The position numbers were made by a program, and so were the translations under genes. Source: Promethearchaeota archaeon (lineage in GTDB: Archaea; Asgardarchaeota; Lokiarchaeia; Sigyniarchaeales; SOKP01). Taken from it: 64,000 nt of DNA. The notes beneath the pieces were generated by a model. It was not told the DNA's origin and searched no databases. It was given only the letters and a program-made list of their open reading frames with translations. The stretch spans positions 23,462 through 87,461 of the forward strand of contig JAHLWP010000014.1 in assembly GCA_019057865.1 (NCBI GenBank), given 5' to 3'. Shown one piece after another: positions 49,002-58,946 of the stretch (positions are counted from its first letter, which is position 1; the number at the start of each line of letters is the position of its first letter).

Positions 49002-49661
49002 CAAACTTTAATAACAAAAAAGTTATTTTTTATGATCCCTAATCGAGCATTGAACAATTTGCAATTTATTTAAAAAGAAGCTCGACGAAATTTGGTTCGA
49101 GGAAAACGCTAAAAAACTTTTTTATTTTTCCGTATTTAACGATAAAGTGGTCTAATTTTGATTAAATTAAAGATTTTCTGATTTTTTTTAGGATACCCAC
49201 TTAATCGAAAGACCTTAAAAATCCAACAATTTTATGTGATCAAATTAACTTTTTCTTGAAAAAAAAGATGTTTGTAGAAATTTAATTTATTAAAAAAATT
49301 CATCTCTACAAAAATGTAAAAAAATTTGGATCGATGGTCGAAATTATTTAAATAGTTTAAATGTATTTTTGTCGAAGTTTTTGTTCAACGAATTTTTTAA
49401 AAATTTAGGAGATTAAAGTCCTAATAAAAAGGGTAAGATTTTACTCTTAGAGACGAAAAAATAGAATTTGGTATAGTATTACAAAATGGAGTTATTCAAA
49501 AAACTAATATACAATTTAAAAGGAGTTAGGTGTAAATAAATCAAAGATCAAAAATCTAAATAATAAATTTAATAAATTGGAAAACCTCTTTATATAAATT
49601 ATCAAAAATAAATGTAAAATTTTTAATATCATTATGGTAATGAGTATTTTTTTGCTGTAAA

Positions 49662-50498
49662 TTATAATTTTAAAATAAAGCTTAAAATTTTGTTGTTAAT
49701 ATCGTTAAAGAGATTCTCTAATGATGTTTTTGAGTTTAAAAGCAAGTCCAATAAATTTTTCAAATGGATTCTTAATTTTTTTACGAGTTGATCTAATACT
49801 TCACTGTATAAGTTTTCAATTTTTTCTTTAGATACGGGTTCAAATCCATGAGCGATAAGGGAGCTATTTCTTAAATCACCTAAACATTTTATACTCGTTT
49901 TATCCCCATATATTTTCTCTCTTTCCGCTTCCTTTAAATCATCATAACAATATTTATTAATTTTATCTAAAATATCTAAAATATTTCTAATTTGAAATAC
50001 ATCTTTGTTTTGCTTCTTTAGATCGTCTAATTTTAGCTTAGCGATGTAAAATAATATCGTACGATTTAAAATGGTAGGATTGATATTTAAAGGATCTTTT
50101 TTAAAAGTTATATTCTGTAAAGAATTCCATAAGGTAAGTTCGTTATCTTCTAAATATTTTATTAAAGCGGGATGATTTTTTTTATTGGTTAAACTTCCCT
50201 TAATATTATCTTTAAAAAAATAATTATTAATCTCAAAAAGGATGGCTTCTTCTAATCTAAACAAGAGCGCCACTAATACCAAATAATTTTGATTTTTATG
50301 ACAGATTTCGATTTTCCAAAAGATTTCTTTTATCAAATTTAAAGGATTAGATAATTGATTTAAGTTTAGAGGTTGATATTTTATATAATCTGAACTTGGA
50401 ATTGAATTTAAGAAACTTCTTAAATATTTATGAGCAATTTCAAAATCAAAATTTTTCCTATGATGGGCATATTTTAAAAGAGAAATTAATGAATCTTT
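49662..50498 (-). pseudogene. N-terminally truncated Csm6/TIGR02710-like HEPN effector
   Basis: LRNSSLIAHGF (Rx6H HEPN) and FRLEE motifs; the frame stays open upstream of TTG 50336 to a TAG at 50499-50501 (...LLKYAHHRKNFDFEIAH...); no CARF domain seen. Confidence 0.7.
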
Positions 50499-50764
50499 CT
50501 ATTTTTGAATTTATAATAAGTTCGGATAATCTTGCTAAATATTTAGAGCTTATTTTAAATCATGTAATTTTTTATAATAAAAAAGTGATTACTGAAAAAA
50601 TATTAAATTCAGATTCTTTAATCATCGATTATAAATTTAATAAAATCTTATTTAATTATATTCCAAAAGAATCAACAGAATTTGAATTTTTAAGTCTCTT
50701 ATTAAAAAAAGGATTATTAAATTTGAGTAGAAAGGATAAAAATTCAAGAAAATATTATGAGTAA
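50396..50764 (+). CDS. Hypothetical protein or gene fragment
   Basis: 122-aa TTG-start ORF whose 5' part overlaps the HEPN remnant antisense. Confidence 0.3.
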   Translation: MELNLRNFLNIYEQFQNQNFSYDGHILKEKLMNLSIFEFIISSDNLAKYLELILNHVIFYNKKVITEKILNSDSLIIDYKFNKILFNYIPKESTEFEFLSLLLKKGLLNLSRKDKNSRKYYE

Positions 50765-50813
50765 TATTGTAAAATGATTTTTTTTATCAATAATTATAGG
50801 TGGTGTTTAAGAA

Positions 50814-51638
50814 ATGAAAGATAGTATAAAGAAAGAAAAACCACAATTTCATATTATAACTTGCGGTACATCTATATTAAGCAATTATAATTATAACCGT
50901 TCTGAAGAATCTAAAATCAATCTAGACTTTATCAAATCCTTAGACGATTCTAAACACGATTGGTTAGAAATAATAAATAAATTTTTTGAATTTCTAAAAC
51001 AAAATCCTGAGCGAAATTCTGCCGAAATTAATAGTTTAAGCTATTTTTTAAAAGAAGGTAAAGTAAAGAAGATCTACCTTATATGTACTGATACTAACGC
51101 AGGAAAATTATGTGCAAATACTTTACAAAAATATTTTCGCAATGAATTGAAAATATCTGATATAAATTTTAAAGAAGCAAGAGGATTTGGAACAGAAGAT
51201 TTTGAAAAAGGTCTATTAGAAATTAGAGATACCATATTAAGATTAATAAGAAAGCATGAAAATTCACATGAAATTTATTTAAATGCAACGGGAGGGTTTA
51301 AGCCAGAATCTGCTATGATGGTGTTGTTAGGCTCACTATATCAACTTCCTGTGTATTATCTCTATGAAACATCGCGAAAACTAGTAATGATTCCTCCTTT
51401 TCCGCTATTATATATAGAAGAGATATATATTGAGATTTTACAAAAATTAATAGATAAACCAGGTGGAATTCGTATAAATCGCGAAGTAAAGAAATTTGAA
51501 GAGGTGTATGGTGGAAAATTAAAATATTTAGAAAAAGTTGGAGCGATTGGAATAAGAAAGCGGGAAAATAGTTCGAAATCTTATTTCATAAGATCAAGCG
51601 GAAGATTTTTATACGATTTTAAAACTAAAACAAAATAA
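50814..51638 (+). CDS. CRISPR-associated APE2256-family CARF protein (Crn1-like ring nuclease candidate) with C-terminal wHTH
   Basis: TCGTS, SAEINSL, TDT..G..CA, NATGGFKPE and VYY.YE motifs. Confidence 0.85.
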   Translation: MKDSIKKEKPQFHIITCGTSILSNYNYNRSEESKINLDFIKSLDDSKHDWLEIINKFFEFLKQNPERNSAEINSLSYFLKEGKVKKIYLICTDTNAGKLCANTLQKYFRNELKISDINFKEARGFGTEDFEKGLLEIRDTILRLIRKHENSHEIYLNATGGFKPESAMMVLLGSLYQLPVYYLYETSRKLVMIPPFPLLYIEEIYIEILQKLIDKPGGIRINREVKKFEEVYGGKLKYLEKVGAIGIRKRENSSKSYFIRSSGRFLYDFKTKTK

Positions 51639-51643
51639 TTTTT

Positions 51644-51682
51644 GGTTAATTTTTCAAATGAATGATAAATTAAAAATTAACC
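51644..51682. terminator. Hairpin between convergent genes
   Basis: 11-bp arms GGTTAATTTTT/AAAAATTAACC flanked by T-runs. Confidence 0.35.
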
Positions 51683-51687
51683 GCTTT

Positions 51688-52845
51688 TTATTTTAGCTCA
51701 AGAGTACACCCCCGATTCATTAAACGAGCTAATTCTGGAGAAATTAAATCCTTTATTATAAAATCACCGCGTATATTCCTCTCTAATTGTATTTGATATA
51801 GGAGTTCGTGCTCGTTTCTGATAATTACAAACGCACGTATCTTTTTTTCGACTGATGATTCCGTCTTGGGCCCGCAGAACTTCAATAACGATTGAATCAC
51901 GCTATTTGAACCCTCTGCAACATTATTTTGGATCGTCTTGCGAAAAAATAGTCCAAAAAGCTCTTTTAATGTAACAACAATCTTAGGATCCATGTTTTTG
52001 CTGAATTTTATGGTCATTCTATAAGGATCGACTTTCATGTACCCTCGCTGGCCCTTATAGAACACTTTAAAGAGCCTTTGCATCCCACGTCTCTTATTCT
52101 TCACGGATTTCTTCTTTTTCTTTGATTTATTTTTTGAACCAAGGGGTCTTCCACGTTTTTTCGACGGTGGAGGGTTAGACGGCATCTTAGAGACGGTATA
52201 ATAGAATTCTCGCTTCCCTTTTTTCTTAAACACATCATTTTTTATCCCAATTTCAGAGGTTATTCGGTCGGTTTTTGTATAAGAATAATGCCTCGTCAGC
52301 ACCTTTTTGTAAGGTTTTTTATGTTTATGAATGACGTGCGTAATTTCTCGACCTAAATTTTTAGTCATTGTTTGGGTGGCACCCCAGCCATCCGAAATCA
52401 CGTCAGAGATTGGCTTTTCTGTATTTTGTTCGGCTTCATCAAAGACTTCTCGCAGGTCTTTTTCCTTTCTGGTCTTGGAAACCTTTAAACCTAAAATTTT
52501 ATGGGTTTTATATCCCGTAGCAACAATGATATAGATGGGAGTGCCCTCTATTTTTAAAAAATGTCTCGTCCATGCAGATTGCCCTGTTGGATTGCGGCAC
52601 CTTCACGAGCTTATCGAGCCCCTCTAACTTGTCAAGAGATTCTACAAAGACAGCACGCAATGCTGAAATTTGGGAGGGCGAGACCTTGTATTTTTTTGCA
52701 ATTGTCTTACTTTTTGCACCATCTTTAAGTAAGTCTTCATAAAGCCTCTCAAGTTTATTAAAGACTTGTTTTTTAAACTCGTAAGAGGTAGTCAGGATGA
52801 ACTGCTTGGGAGTTTTCTTGGTCGCCTGGATTTGTTTCTTCTATT
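51688..52845 (-). mobile_element. IS remnant: frameshifted, 5'-truncated DDE transposase (IS6/IS1-like)
   Basis: ICMDETF / LKIEG...ISDGW...NNVAEGSNS gives the D-D-E triad; extra base in the T6 run at 52556-52561; higher GC than flanks. Confidence 0.75.
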
Positions 52846-53811
52846 CTAGTCATTGATAAATTTCATTAAGTTAACTTGATATTTTACTTTCTTATTCCTA
52901 CATAGGCTTTTAAAATTACAATATTCACAAGATTCTGACGTATAAGCCATTTTAAATTGATTTATATCAAATTCATGGTATTTCTTATTATTTATTAGCT
53001 TACCCATATCTTTTGAAGAAATATTGATATAATCTTTAATATTACAGACATCTGAAGAAGTGAGTTTATAGTTTCTTTGAAAGTTTTTTAAGAGTTGATA
53101 TTCAATTAATCTTATTTCTGTTGGATCATCAATAGGTTTCTGGAAAGGATCAGTTGATATACTTTCTGTTAGAGCAATAGCGTAAATTCCCAGTTGCATC
53201 CGTGCATTCTCTTTTCTAAAAAAATAGACTTTCCAATCAATGATCATAGGTGGTTCATCCCTGAAATAAACGATTAAATCTGGGCGGCTAATGATATTAA
53301 ACTCTTGGAATTTATAATTGAGATTCTTTTGAGCAACTAAGACTATGTTGGAGTCTAAAAGGATTTTCATAAGCTCTGATTGGAGTAAATTTTTTAATGA
53401 TATTATTACTTGTTCCTTTATTTTTTCAACAGAGTCATTATCTAATCCCTCTGAGTTCTCTATTTCGCGTAGAGCGCAATAACTGTCACCGGCCTTCTTC
53501 TTAGTTAGCTTGGGGTCTCTATATTTCCTTAGTTTTGCGAATTCTAATTGCTTTTTCATTAACTCAGAAACAAAAGTCTCAATTTTATCAAAGGGAGGAA
53601 CATTGCTTTTATTAAATTCAGGAACCAAAAGATTTTCGATAACTTGGTCGACAATTTTCCCTCTCCAAGTATGAATGCTTCCTAATTGTTTTAAGATATA
53701 GGCTTCAAATCTATCTTTATCTTTACTATTTTTTCTTGCCATAATTTCGTAATAAAACCATTTTCTTTGGCATTTCGAAAAAATTTTAGCTTTAGATATA
53801 GACCAGTTCAT
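52846..53811 (-). CDS. PD-(D/E)XK nuclease, Cas4/AddB-like with Fe-S cysteines
   Basis: S.S....F..CQRKW.Y, RPDL, IIDWK, QL..YA and C-terminal CEYC...LC. Confidence 0.85.
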   Translation of the reverse strand: MNWSISKAKIFSKCQRKWFYYEIMARKNSKDKDRFEAYILKQLGSIHTWRGKIVDQVIENLLVPEFNKSNVPPFDKIETFVSELMKKQLEFAKLRKYRDPKLTKKKAGDSYCALREIENSEGLDNDSVEKIKEQVIISLKNLLQSELMKILLDSNIVLVAQKNLNYKFQEFNIISRPDLIVYFRDEPPMIIDWKVYFFRKENARMQLGIYAIALTESISTDPFQKPIDDPTEIRLIEYQLLKNFQRNYKLTSSDVCNIKDYINISSKDMGKLINNKKYHEFDINQFKMAYTSESCEYCNFKSLCRNKKVKYQVNLMKFIND

Positions 53812-53910
53812 TTACGCTCTCTCTTCGATTAAATTCTATAAATTTAGTTCTATCCTACATTTTTCTTTATATGAATTTGTATTTATTTTAATCTCATTTA
53901 AGGATATATG

Positions 53911-54897
53911 TTAATCTTTTAATTGCTCACGGCAGTTTATGGCGAATTGTTCGCATTCCTCCTCCTTCCATTTCGGGTGAAGATAGGTTTGCGTTAGAGA
54001 GGGGATTGGGATATATCTCTGTTTAATGATATGAGCACCCCAATTCTTAATGAGTGCCCTCCTTTTTTCTACCTCCTCAAAAGAATCCTCGAAGTTATAA
54101 AGTACAAACACGCCAATTTTCTTGCGCTGATATCCTGCTTCTTCGAAATACCTTATTGCTCTCTCGCAAGCCTCCTCTTCGTCTGCCCTGTCAAATGAAA
54201 TACGTATATCTCGAAAATTAGCTTCAAACATTAATTTAGCTATCTCCTGCGTGACTAAAGCCGCGTCCACCCCAGATAAACAGTAAGAAGCCTTCACCTT
54301 AGCCTCAATTAGTTCTGTAAGGATATTTTCGATGTACGGATTGCTGAGGAGGTTATTATCCAAGAATGAAACATTGGGTTTTACTATCTCGCTCTTAATA
54401 CTCCACTTCGGTTCGAATTTGGGTTCTAACTTATGAACATGGCAAAAAGAACACTTTCGTATGCACCCCCTGCTCGCGTGGATCACACAAAACTTACAAT
54501 CTTGTATTAAATCATAAGCAGGGATGAGTGATTCCGCTTCTTCCATCAACCCAACGTGAACTTCGTCACAACCATTCTTCTTGCAATGCTCCGGCATTAT
54601 AGAAGCATACACACCACCAACCACGACTTTCGAATCTGGGTAAAGCGTCTTGTATGTTCTCACGGAGTCCCAAACAGGCTGCCACCAATAGGTAAAGAGA
54701 GATATAATTAGCATCAGATCAGGTTTCTTCAAAGTTAGACCATCCCCCCTTACAAGTTCCACGGTGGCTCCCATTTTGCGGTACAGAGATCCCAACTTGA
54801 GAAGTCCTATAGGCAAGTATCTCTCTTTCATATAATTTTCCCAGTTCTTGGCTCGAACCTTGTAATTCCAGTTAGGCTCGACTAGAGAGACGTGCAA
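53911..54897 (-). CDS. B12-binding-type radical SAM protein
   Basis: PIGLLKLG and VGGVYAS..P.H N-domain; SRGCIRKCSFC (CxxxCxxC); LDNN. Confidence 0.85.
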   Translation of the reverse strand: MHVSLVEPNWNYKVRAKNWENYMKERYLPIGLLKLGSLYRKMGATVELVRGDGLTLKKPDLMLIISLFTYWWQPVWDSVRTYKTLYPDSKVVVGGVYASIMPEHCKKNGCDEVHVGLMEEAESLIPAYDLIQDCKFCVIHASRGCIRKCSFCHVHKLEPKFEPKWSIKSEIVKPNVSFLDNNLLSNPYIENILTELIEAKVKASYCLSGVDAALVTQEIAKLMFEANFRDIRISFDRADEEEACERAIRYFEEAGYQRKKIGVFVLYNFEDSFEEVEKRRALIKNWGAHIIKQRYIPIPSLTQTYLHPKWKEEECEQFAINCREQLKD

Positions 54898-54928
54898 GTT
54901 TCAATCACTACTAATATAAAATTACCTA

Positions 54929-55672
54929 TTATTTATCCAATTTATCTTTAATATCAGTATAATTATGTTTAACAGGACATATCACTAATCCAAGTTCAGA
55001 GATTTTAATAATTTTCTCTCTACCTTTACGTTCTTCAGTTAAATAGCCTTTTTTAACTAAATTTTTCACAATGCGGGACAAATTCGGAAGATCCCATGAT
55101 TTATTATTATCTTCACATATTTTTAACAATTTATTCAAATTAGTTGAATCAATTTGATGAGGATTATTTCGGTTAATCTCTTTATACATGATGTTTATTA
55201 ATTCCTGTCCTTTATTGCGTGGTTCTACTAAGTTAAAGAGACTATTTTTTGTAAAATCTTGTTTATTAAAGTAAAATACTTCTTTTATTTGTAGTTTTTG
55301 GATTTGTGCTGCAATATAAAGAGCTAATTTCATTTCGAAGGTACCTGAAGTAAGATTACATATAATTTCATATTTCTTGTCTTTGACATATTTTATTAAA
55401 GCACGTAGGGTGCGTATTAATTCAATAAGATCATTCTCAACATGTATTTCTATAAGTGTATATTTGATTCTTTCATTTTCTGGAAAAATTTCTTGAGATT
55501 TATTTAATAGTTCAATTTTTTCATTAATATCCTCGTAAAAATTTTTAGATTTCTGTTCACTAACCGGTGGACTAATAAATACATACCAATTAGTTTTGGG
55601 ATTTTTACGATGTGCTACATATATCCATTTATGTAATTTTCCATAGAGCATAATTTGACATTCTTTCATCAT
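54929..55672 (-). CDS. CARF-wHTH transcriptional regulator (Csa3/DUF6293-like)
   Basis: CNLTSGTFEMKLALYIAAQ CARF motif II; C-terminal LSRIVKNLVKKGYL....GREK...ISELG wHTH. Confidence 0.75.
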   Translation of the reverse strand: MMKECQIMLYGKLHKWIYVAHRKNPKTNWYVFISPPVSEQKSKNFYEDINEKIELLNKSQEIFPENERIKYTLIEIHVENDLIELIRTLRALIKYVKDKKYEIICNLTSGTFEMKLALYIAAQIQKLQIKEVFYFNKQDFTKNSLFNLVEPRNKGQELINIMYKEINRNNPHQIDSTNLNKLLKICEDNNKSWDLPNLSRIVKNLVKKGYLTEERKGREKIIKISELGLVICPVKHNYTDIKDKLDK

Positions 55673-55855
55673 TCTAATAATATTAAAAAAGGTATATAAA
55701 TGTTGAGATCTAATGTCAATAATTTATAATATTTTAAAACTGTTGTTATTTCAGAACCATTGTCTCTTTTTTACAAACATTTAAATACTTAACTTCATAA
55801 CAATTTTTGTCATAAAAAAATCTCATCAAATTAAAAAAAAAAGGAGGTGGTTTGA

Positions 55856-55984
55856 ATGGGAAAAAATAAAATGACAAGTAAAGCTGCTAGGAGAATTCAA
55901 TCTCATGCGGATCGAACAGGTAAAAATCAAGGATTTAAATCAAGAGCCCAGAGTTCTGTGGCGAAAAATTCAAATAAAAAATAA
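55856..55984 (+). CDS. Small SMP (seed maturation protein)-like peptide, 42 aa; not in the ORF track
   Basis: MGKNKMTSKAARRIQSHADRTGKNQGFKSRAQSSVAKNSNKK; GGAGGTG Shine-Dalgarno upstream. Confidence 0.75.
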   Translation: MGKNKMTSKAARRIQSHADRTGKNQGFKSRAQSSVAKNSNKK

Positions 55985-55986
55985 AG

Positions 55987-56196
55987 ATGGTTAATGTGTG
56001 TGAAAATAATGATAAAATCGAAGTGCATCATATTATCCCCTTCTTTAAAAATAGAAAAGATCATTCAGACATTTTAATTGGTTTATACTATAGTGCTATT
56101 CATGAAGAAGTACTAAATTTACATTTTGATGAAAAATTTATAAGTAATAATTATAAAGATAAGAATAGACTAAAATCGAAATTATGGGATGTATAA
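55987..56196 (+). pseudogene. Degenerate HNH-like fragment
   Basis: VC.....IEVHHIIP...DH motif; the second half of the HNH motif is degraded. Confidence 0.45.
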
Positions 56197-56656
56197 CAAA
56201 ATGAAAATTGTTATAAATTCAATTGATTACAGTGGCTCTATTGTAGATGGGCCAGGGATTAGAACAGTTTTATTTGTACAAGGTTGCAAGCGAAGATGTG
56301 AAGATTGTCATAATCCTAGCACATGGGATATGGATGAAGGGATAAAATTTGACGTTGAGGATATTGTGGAAGATTTAAGAAAAAAATGTTTAAATAAGAA
56401 ACTCACCATATCTGGAGGCGAACCTCTTTTACAATACCCGGCGATTCTTGAACTGGTTAAAAGTTTAGATGGTTTTAATATCGTACTTTATACTGGTTTT
56501 GAATTTGATGATGTACCTAAAGAAATTTTATATTATCTCGATTATATCAAAGTTGGTAAATATATTAAAGAACTAAGAAGTACTATTATCCCTTTTATGG
56601 GTTCAAATAACCAAAAATTTATTGAATTAAGAGGTGGAAAAATTGAAATCAATTAA
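56189..56656 (+). CDS. nrdG: Anaerobic ribonucleotide reductase activating enzyme
   Basis: DGPGIRTVLFVQGCKRRCEDCHNP, SGGEP, YTG, GS.NQ. Confidence 0.93.
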   Translation: MYNKMKIVINSIDYSGSIVDGPGIRTVLFVQGCKRRCEDCHNPSTWDMDEGIKFDVEDIVEDLRKKCLNKKLTISGGEPLLQYPAILELVKSLDGFNIVLYTGFEFDDVPKEILYYLDYIKVGKYIKELRSTIIPFMGSNNQKFIELRGGKIEIN

Positions 56657-58337
56657 TTTTGAACACGCAGCTCAGCGTAAAACTTTTGTTGGGCTTGTAT
56701 ATAGTAGAGGAAGTAAAGAAATAAAAGAAACAATTCTCAACGGTTTGGAAGAAAGATTCTCAAAATTGCATAGAGAAGGCAGAATTCACATACATGATTT
56801 GGAAGCGTATGGTGAAACCTACAATTGTTTGACACCAAACATTCTAAAAGGATTCCCTTATGAAGAATATACTAATTATTCGGATTTTAAGAAAATGATA
56901 GAACTATTTAATTATTACAGACATATCATTGTTGGTTTGGGGAATGAACAATCTGGTGGAATAGCTTTTGCGAATTTTGATGAAGAAGTCGAGATTATTT
57001 ATAATAAATTAAATATCGCTAAGAATGAAATTAATTTTCAATTTCTAAGAGATTGTATTGATTCGTTCTTAAAGTGGATACATGAGGCAAGAGATCGATG
57101 TGGACAAGTACAATATTATGTTACTTTAAATCTTGGATTAGCTACGGGAGAAATCAGTAGATTTGTCACCTCGTCAGTTTTAAAATATTTTATGGCTTCG
57201 AAATATATCAGACCCAATATTATTTTTAAATTGAAAGACGGTATTAACCGTAAGAAAGGTGATAATAATTATGATTTATTTCGTATAGCAATGGAATGCA
57301 CATGTAAAAAAATGATTCCAACCTATTTTTTATGTGATTCTAACCACAATCTTAAGGTAGATCCATTTAAAATTGCACTAATGGGTTGTAGATCAAAAGT
57401 ATATCAAAACGAGTATGGTGAAGATACTACAATAGGGAGAGCTAATATTGTTTATAATACAATCAACCTTCCTAGAATTGCACTCGAAATTGATAAAAAT
57501 AACCCGAATTTAACTAAGGAAGAAAAAATCGACTTATTCAAAAAAAATTGGCTGGAAATTGCTGATGATGTTAAGGATCTTCTTTTTGATCGTTATTATA
57601 AGATTTGTAAACAAGACCCAGATGATTTTCCCCGTAATTTGCAACATAATTTAAGGATTATAGATTTAAAGAATGTAAATTCAATGGAAGAAGTGTTTAA
57701 AAATGGAACATTAGCTATTGGATTTATAGGTGTATCAGAAACAATAGAGTTGTTAACCGGGGAAGAATATTTTGCATCTGAAGAAAATCATCAGAGGGCA
57801 ATCGATCTCATAAAAATGATGAGAGATACCATTGATAAGTATAGAAAAGAATATAATATGAATTTCTCATTACTCGGAACATCGGGTGAATTTATTTCTG
57901 GTCGTTTTCCTGGCGTAGATAAGAAGTATTTCTCAAATTCTCTAATAGATAAAGGCTATTATACTAATTCATTTCATGTAGATGTTGATTCTCGACTAAA
58001 TCCTTTTGAGAAATTGAAATTTGAGGGCCCATTTCATAAATTTTGTAATGGAGGGTGTATATCATATATAGAGTTTCAATCTGCACCATTAAATAATGTT
58101 GAAGCAATTTCGGAACTAATTGAAAGCGCGATTAAATATGATGTTAATTATCTTGGATTTAATTTTCCAATGGATCGTTGCTTAGATTGTGATACAACAG
58201 GAACATTTGATGTCTGTGGAAAGTGTGGAAGCAGTAATATACTAAGAATAAGAAGGGTGTCTGGATACTTAGAAGATCTAGCATTTTTCACCCCAGGAAA
58301 AAAAGCAGAGGTTGCATATAGAAAACCAAATGTTTAA
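56634..58337 (+). CDS. nrdD: Class III (anaerobic) ribonucleoside-triphosphate reductase without ATP-cone
   Basis: IHIHDL, YNC, QSGG, MGCRS (thiyl Cys), GRAN...INLP, YYTNS.H, CxxC-CxxC and RVSGYL glycyl-radical loop; start may be TTG 56643. Confidence 0.93.
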   Translation: MEKLKSINFEHAAQRKTFVGLVYSRGSKEIKETILNGLEERFSKLHREGRIHIHDLEAYGETYNCLTPNILKGFPYEEYTNYSDFKKMIELFNYYRHIIVGLGNEQSGGIAFANFDEEVEIIYNKLNIAKNEINFQFLRDCIDSFLKWIHEARDRCGQVQYYVTLNLGLATGEISRFVTSSVLKYFMASKYIRPNIIFKLKDGINRKKGDNNYDLFRIAMECTCKKMIPTYFLCDSNHNLKVDPFKIALMGCRSKVYQNEYGEDTTIGRANIVYNTINLPRIALEIDKNNPNLTKEEKIDLFKKNWLEIADDVKDLLFDRYYKICKQDPDDFPRNLQHNLRIIDLKNVNSMEEVFKNGTLAIGFIGVSETIELLTGEEYFASEENHQRAIDLIKMMRDTIDKYRKEYNMNFSLLGTSGEFISGRFPGVDKKYFSNSLIDKGYYTNSFHVDVDSRLNPFEKLKFEGPFHKFCNGGCISYIEFQSAPLNNVEAISELIESAIKYDVNYLGFNFPMDRCLDCDTTGTFDVCGKCGSSNILRIRRVSGYLEDLAFFTPGKKAEVAYRKPNV

Positions 58338-58364
58338 AACAATTAAATTAAGGGAGGTATTGGT

Positions 58365-58946
58365 ATGCACATAGCAATTGAAGGAGTAGATGGTGTAGGA
58401 AAAACAACGGTCTGTAAGATAATTGCGGAAAAATTAAATTTCAAATTTATTGAAAAACCATTACATTATCTTTTAGATTCCGATACCGAATTTGAAAATT
58501 ATTTTAGAATTCGTGATTATGTTAATTGTCAAGGTCATAACAAGATTTTTACTTCTTGGTTTTATGGATTAGGGAATATTTTTCTTTATCATAAATTTAA
58601 AGATGAAAATATTATTACTGACAGACACCTAGTGTCCAATTTTTATTGGAGCGGTGATGAAAGTAGCCAGGCAGTTTTTGATTGCTTGATTGATTTAATT
58701 GGTAAGCCCGACTACACGTTTTTATTATATGCAAAAGAAGGAGTGGTAACAAAAAGATTAAAAAACAGAGATAGCAATGATATGGATATTATAAAATCTT
58801 CATTAATAACTGAAGCGTATATTAAGATGGAGAAATTTTTAATAGATTACGATATGAAATATAAACTTATTGATACCACAGAACTCAATGCCAATGAAGT
58901 TGCAGATCTTATTTTGAGTTATTTATCTGAGGTTGGAATAGAATAA
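58365..58946 (+). CDS. Thymidylate-kinase-family (d)NMP kinase
   Basis: IAIEGVDGVGKTT P-loop, TDR motif, PD..F.L. Confidence 0.85.
   Translation: MHIAIEGVDGVGKTTVCKIIAEKLNFKFIEKPLHYLLDSDTEFENYFRIRDYVNCQGHNKIFTSWFYGLGNIFLYHKFKDENIITDRHLVSNFYWSGDESSQAVFDCLIDLIGKPDYTFLLYAKEGVVTKRLKNRDSNDMDIIKSSLITEAYIKMEKFLIDYDMKYKLIDTTELNANEVADLILSYLSEVGIE

Noticed and set aside
52551-52562. Programmed -1 frameshift in the transposase
   Set aside because: The T6A5 run is not an in-frame X_XXY_YYZ heptamer and the gene is also 5'-truncated; mutation or homopolymer error is simpler
52846-53811. Calling this gene cas4
   Set aside because: Longer AddB-like PD-(D/E)XK family protein with no cas1/cas2 alongside
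53911-54897. Prokaryotic viperin
   Set aside because: Has a B12-binding-type N-domain and lacks recognisable viperin motifs
55987-58946. Prophage-borne nucleotide metabolism genes
   Set aside because: No integrase, capsid, terminase or replication genes in the window; a viral origin of the cassette cannot be fully excluded
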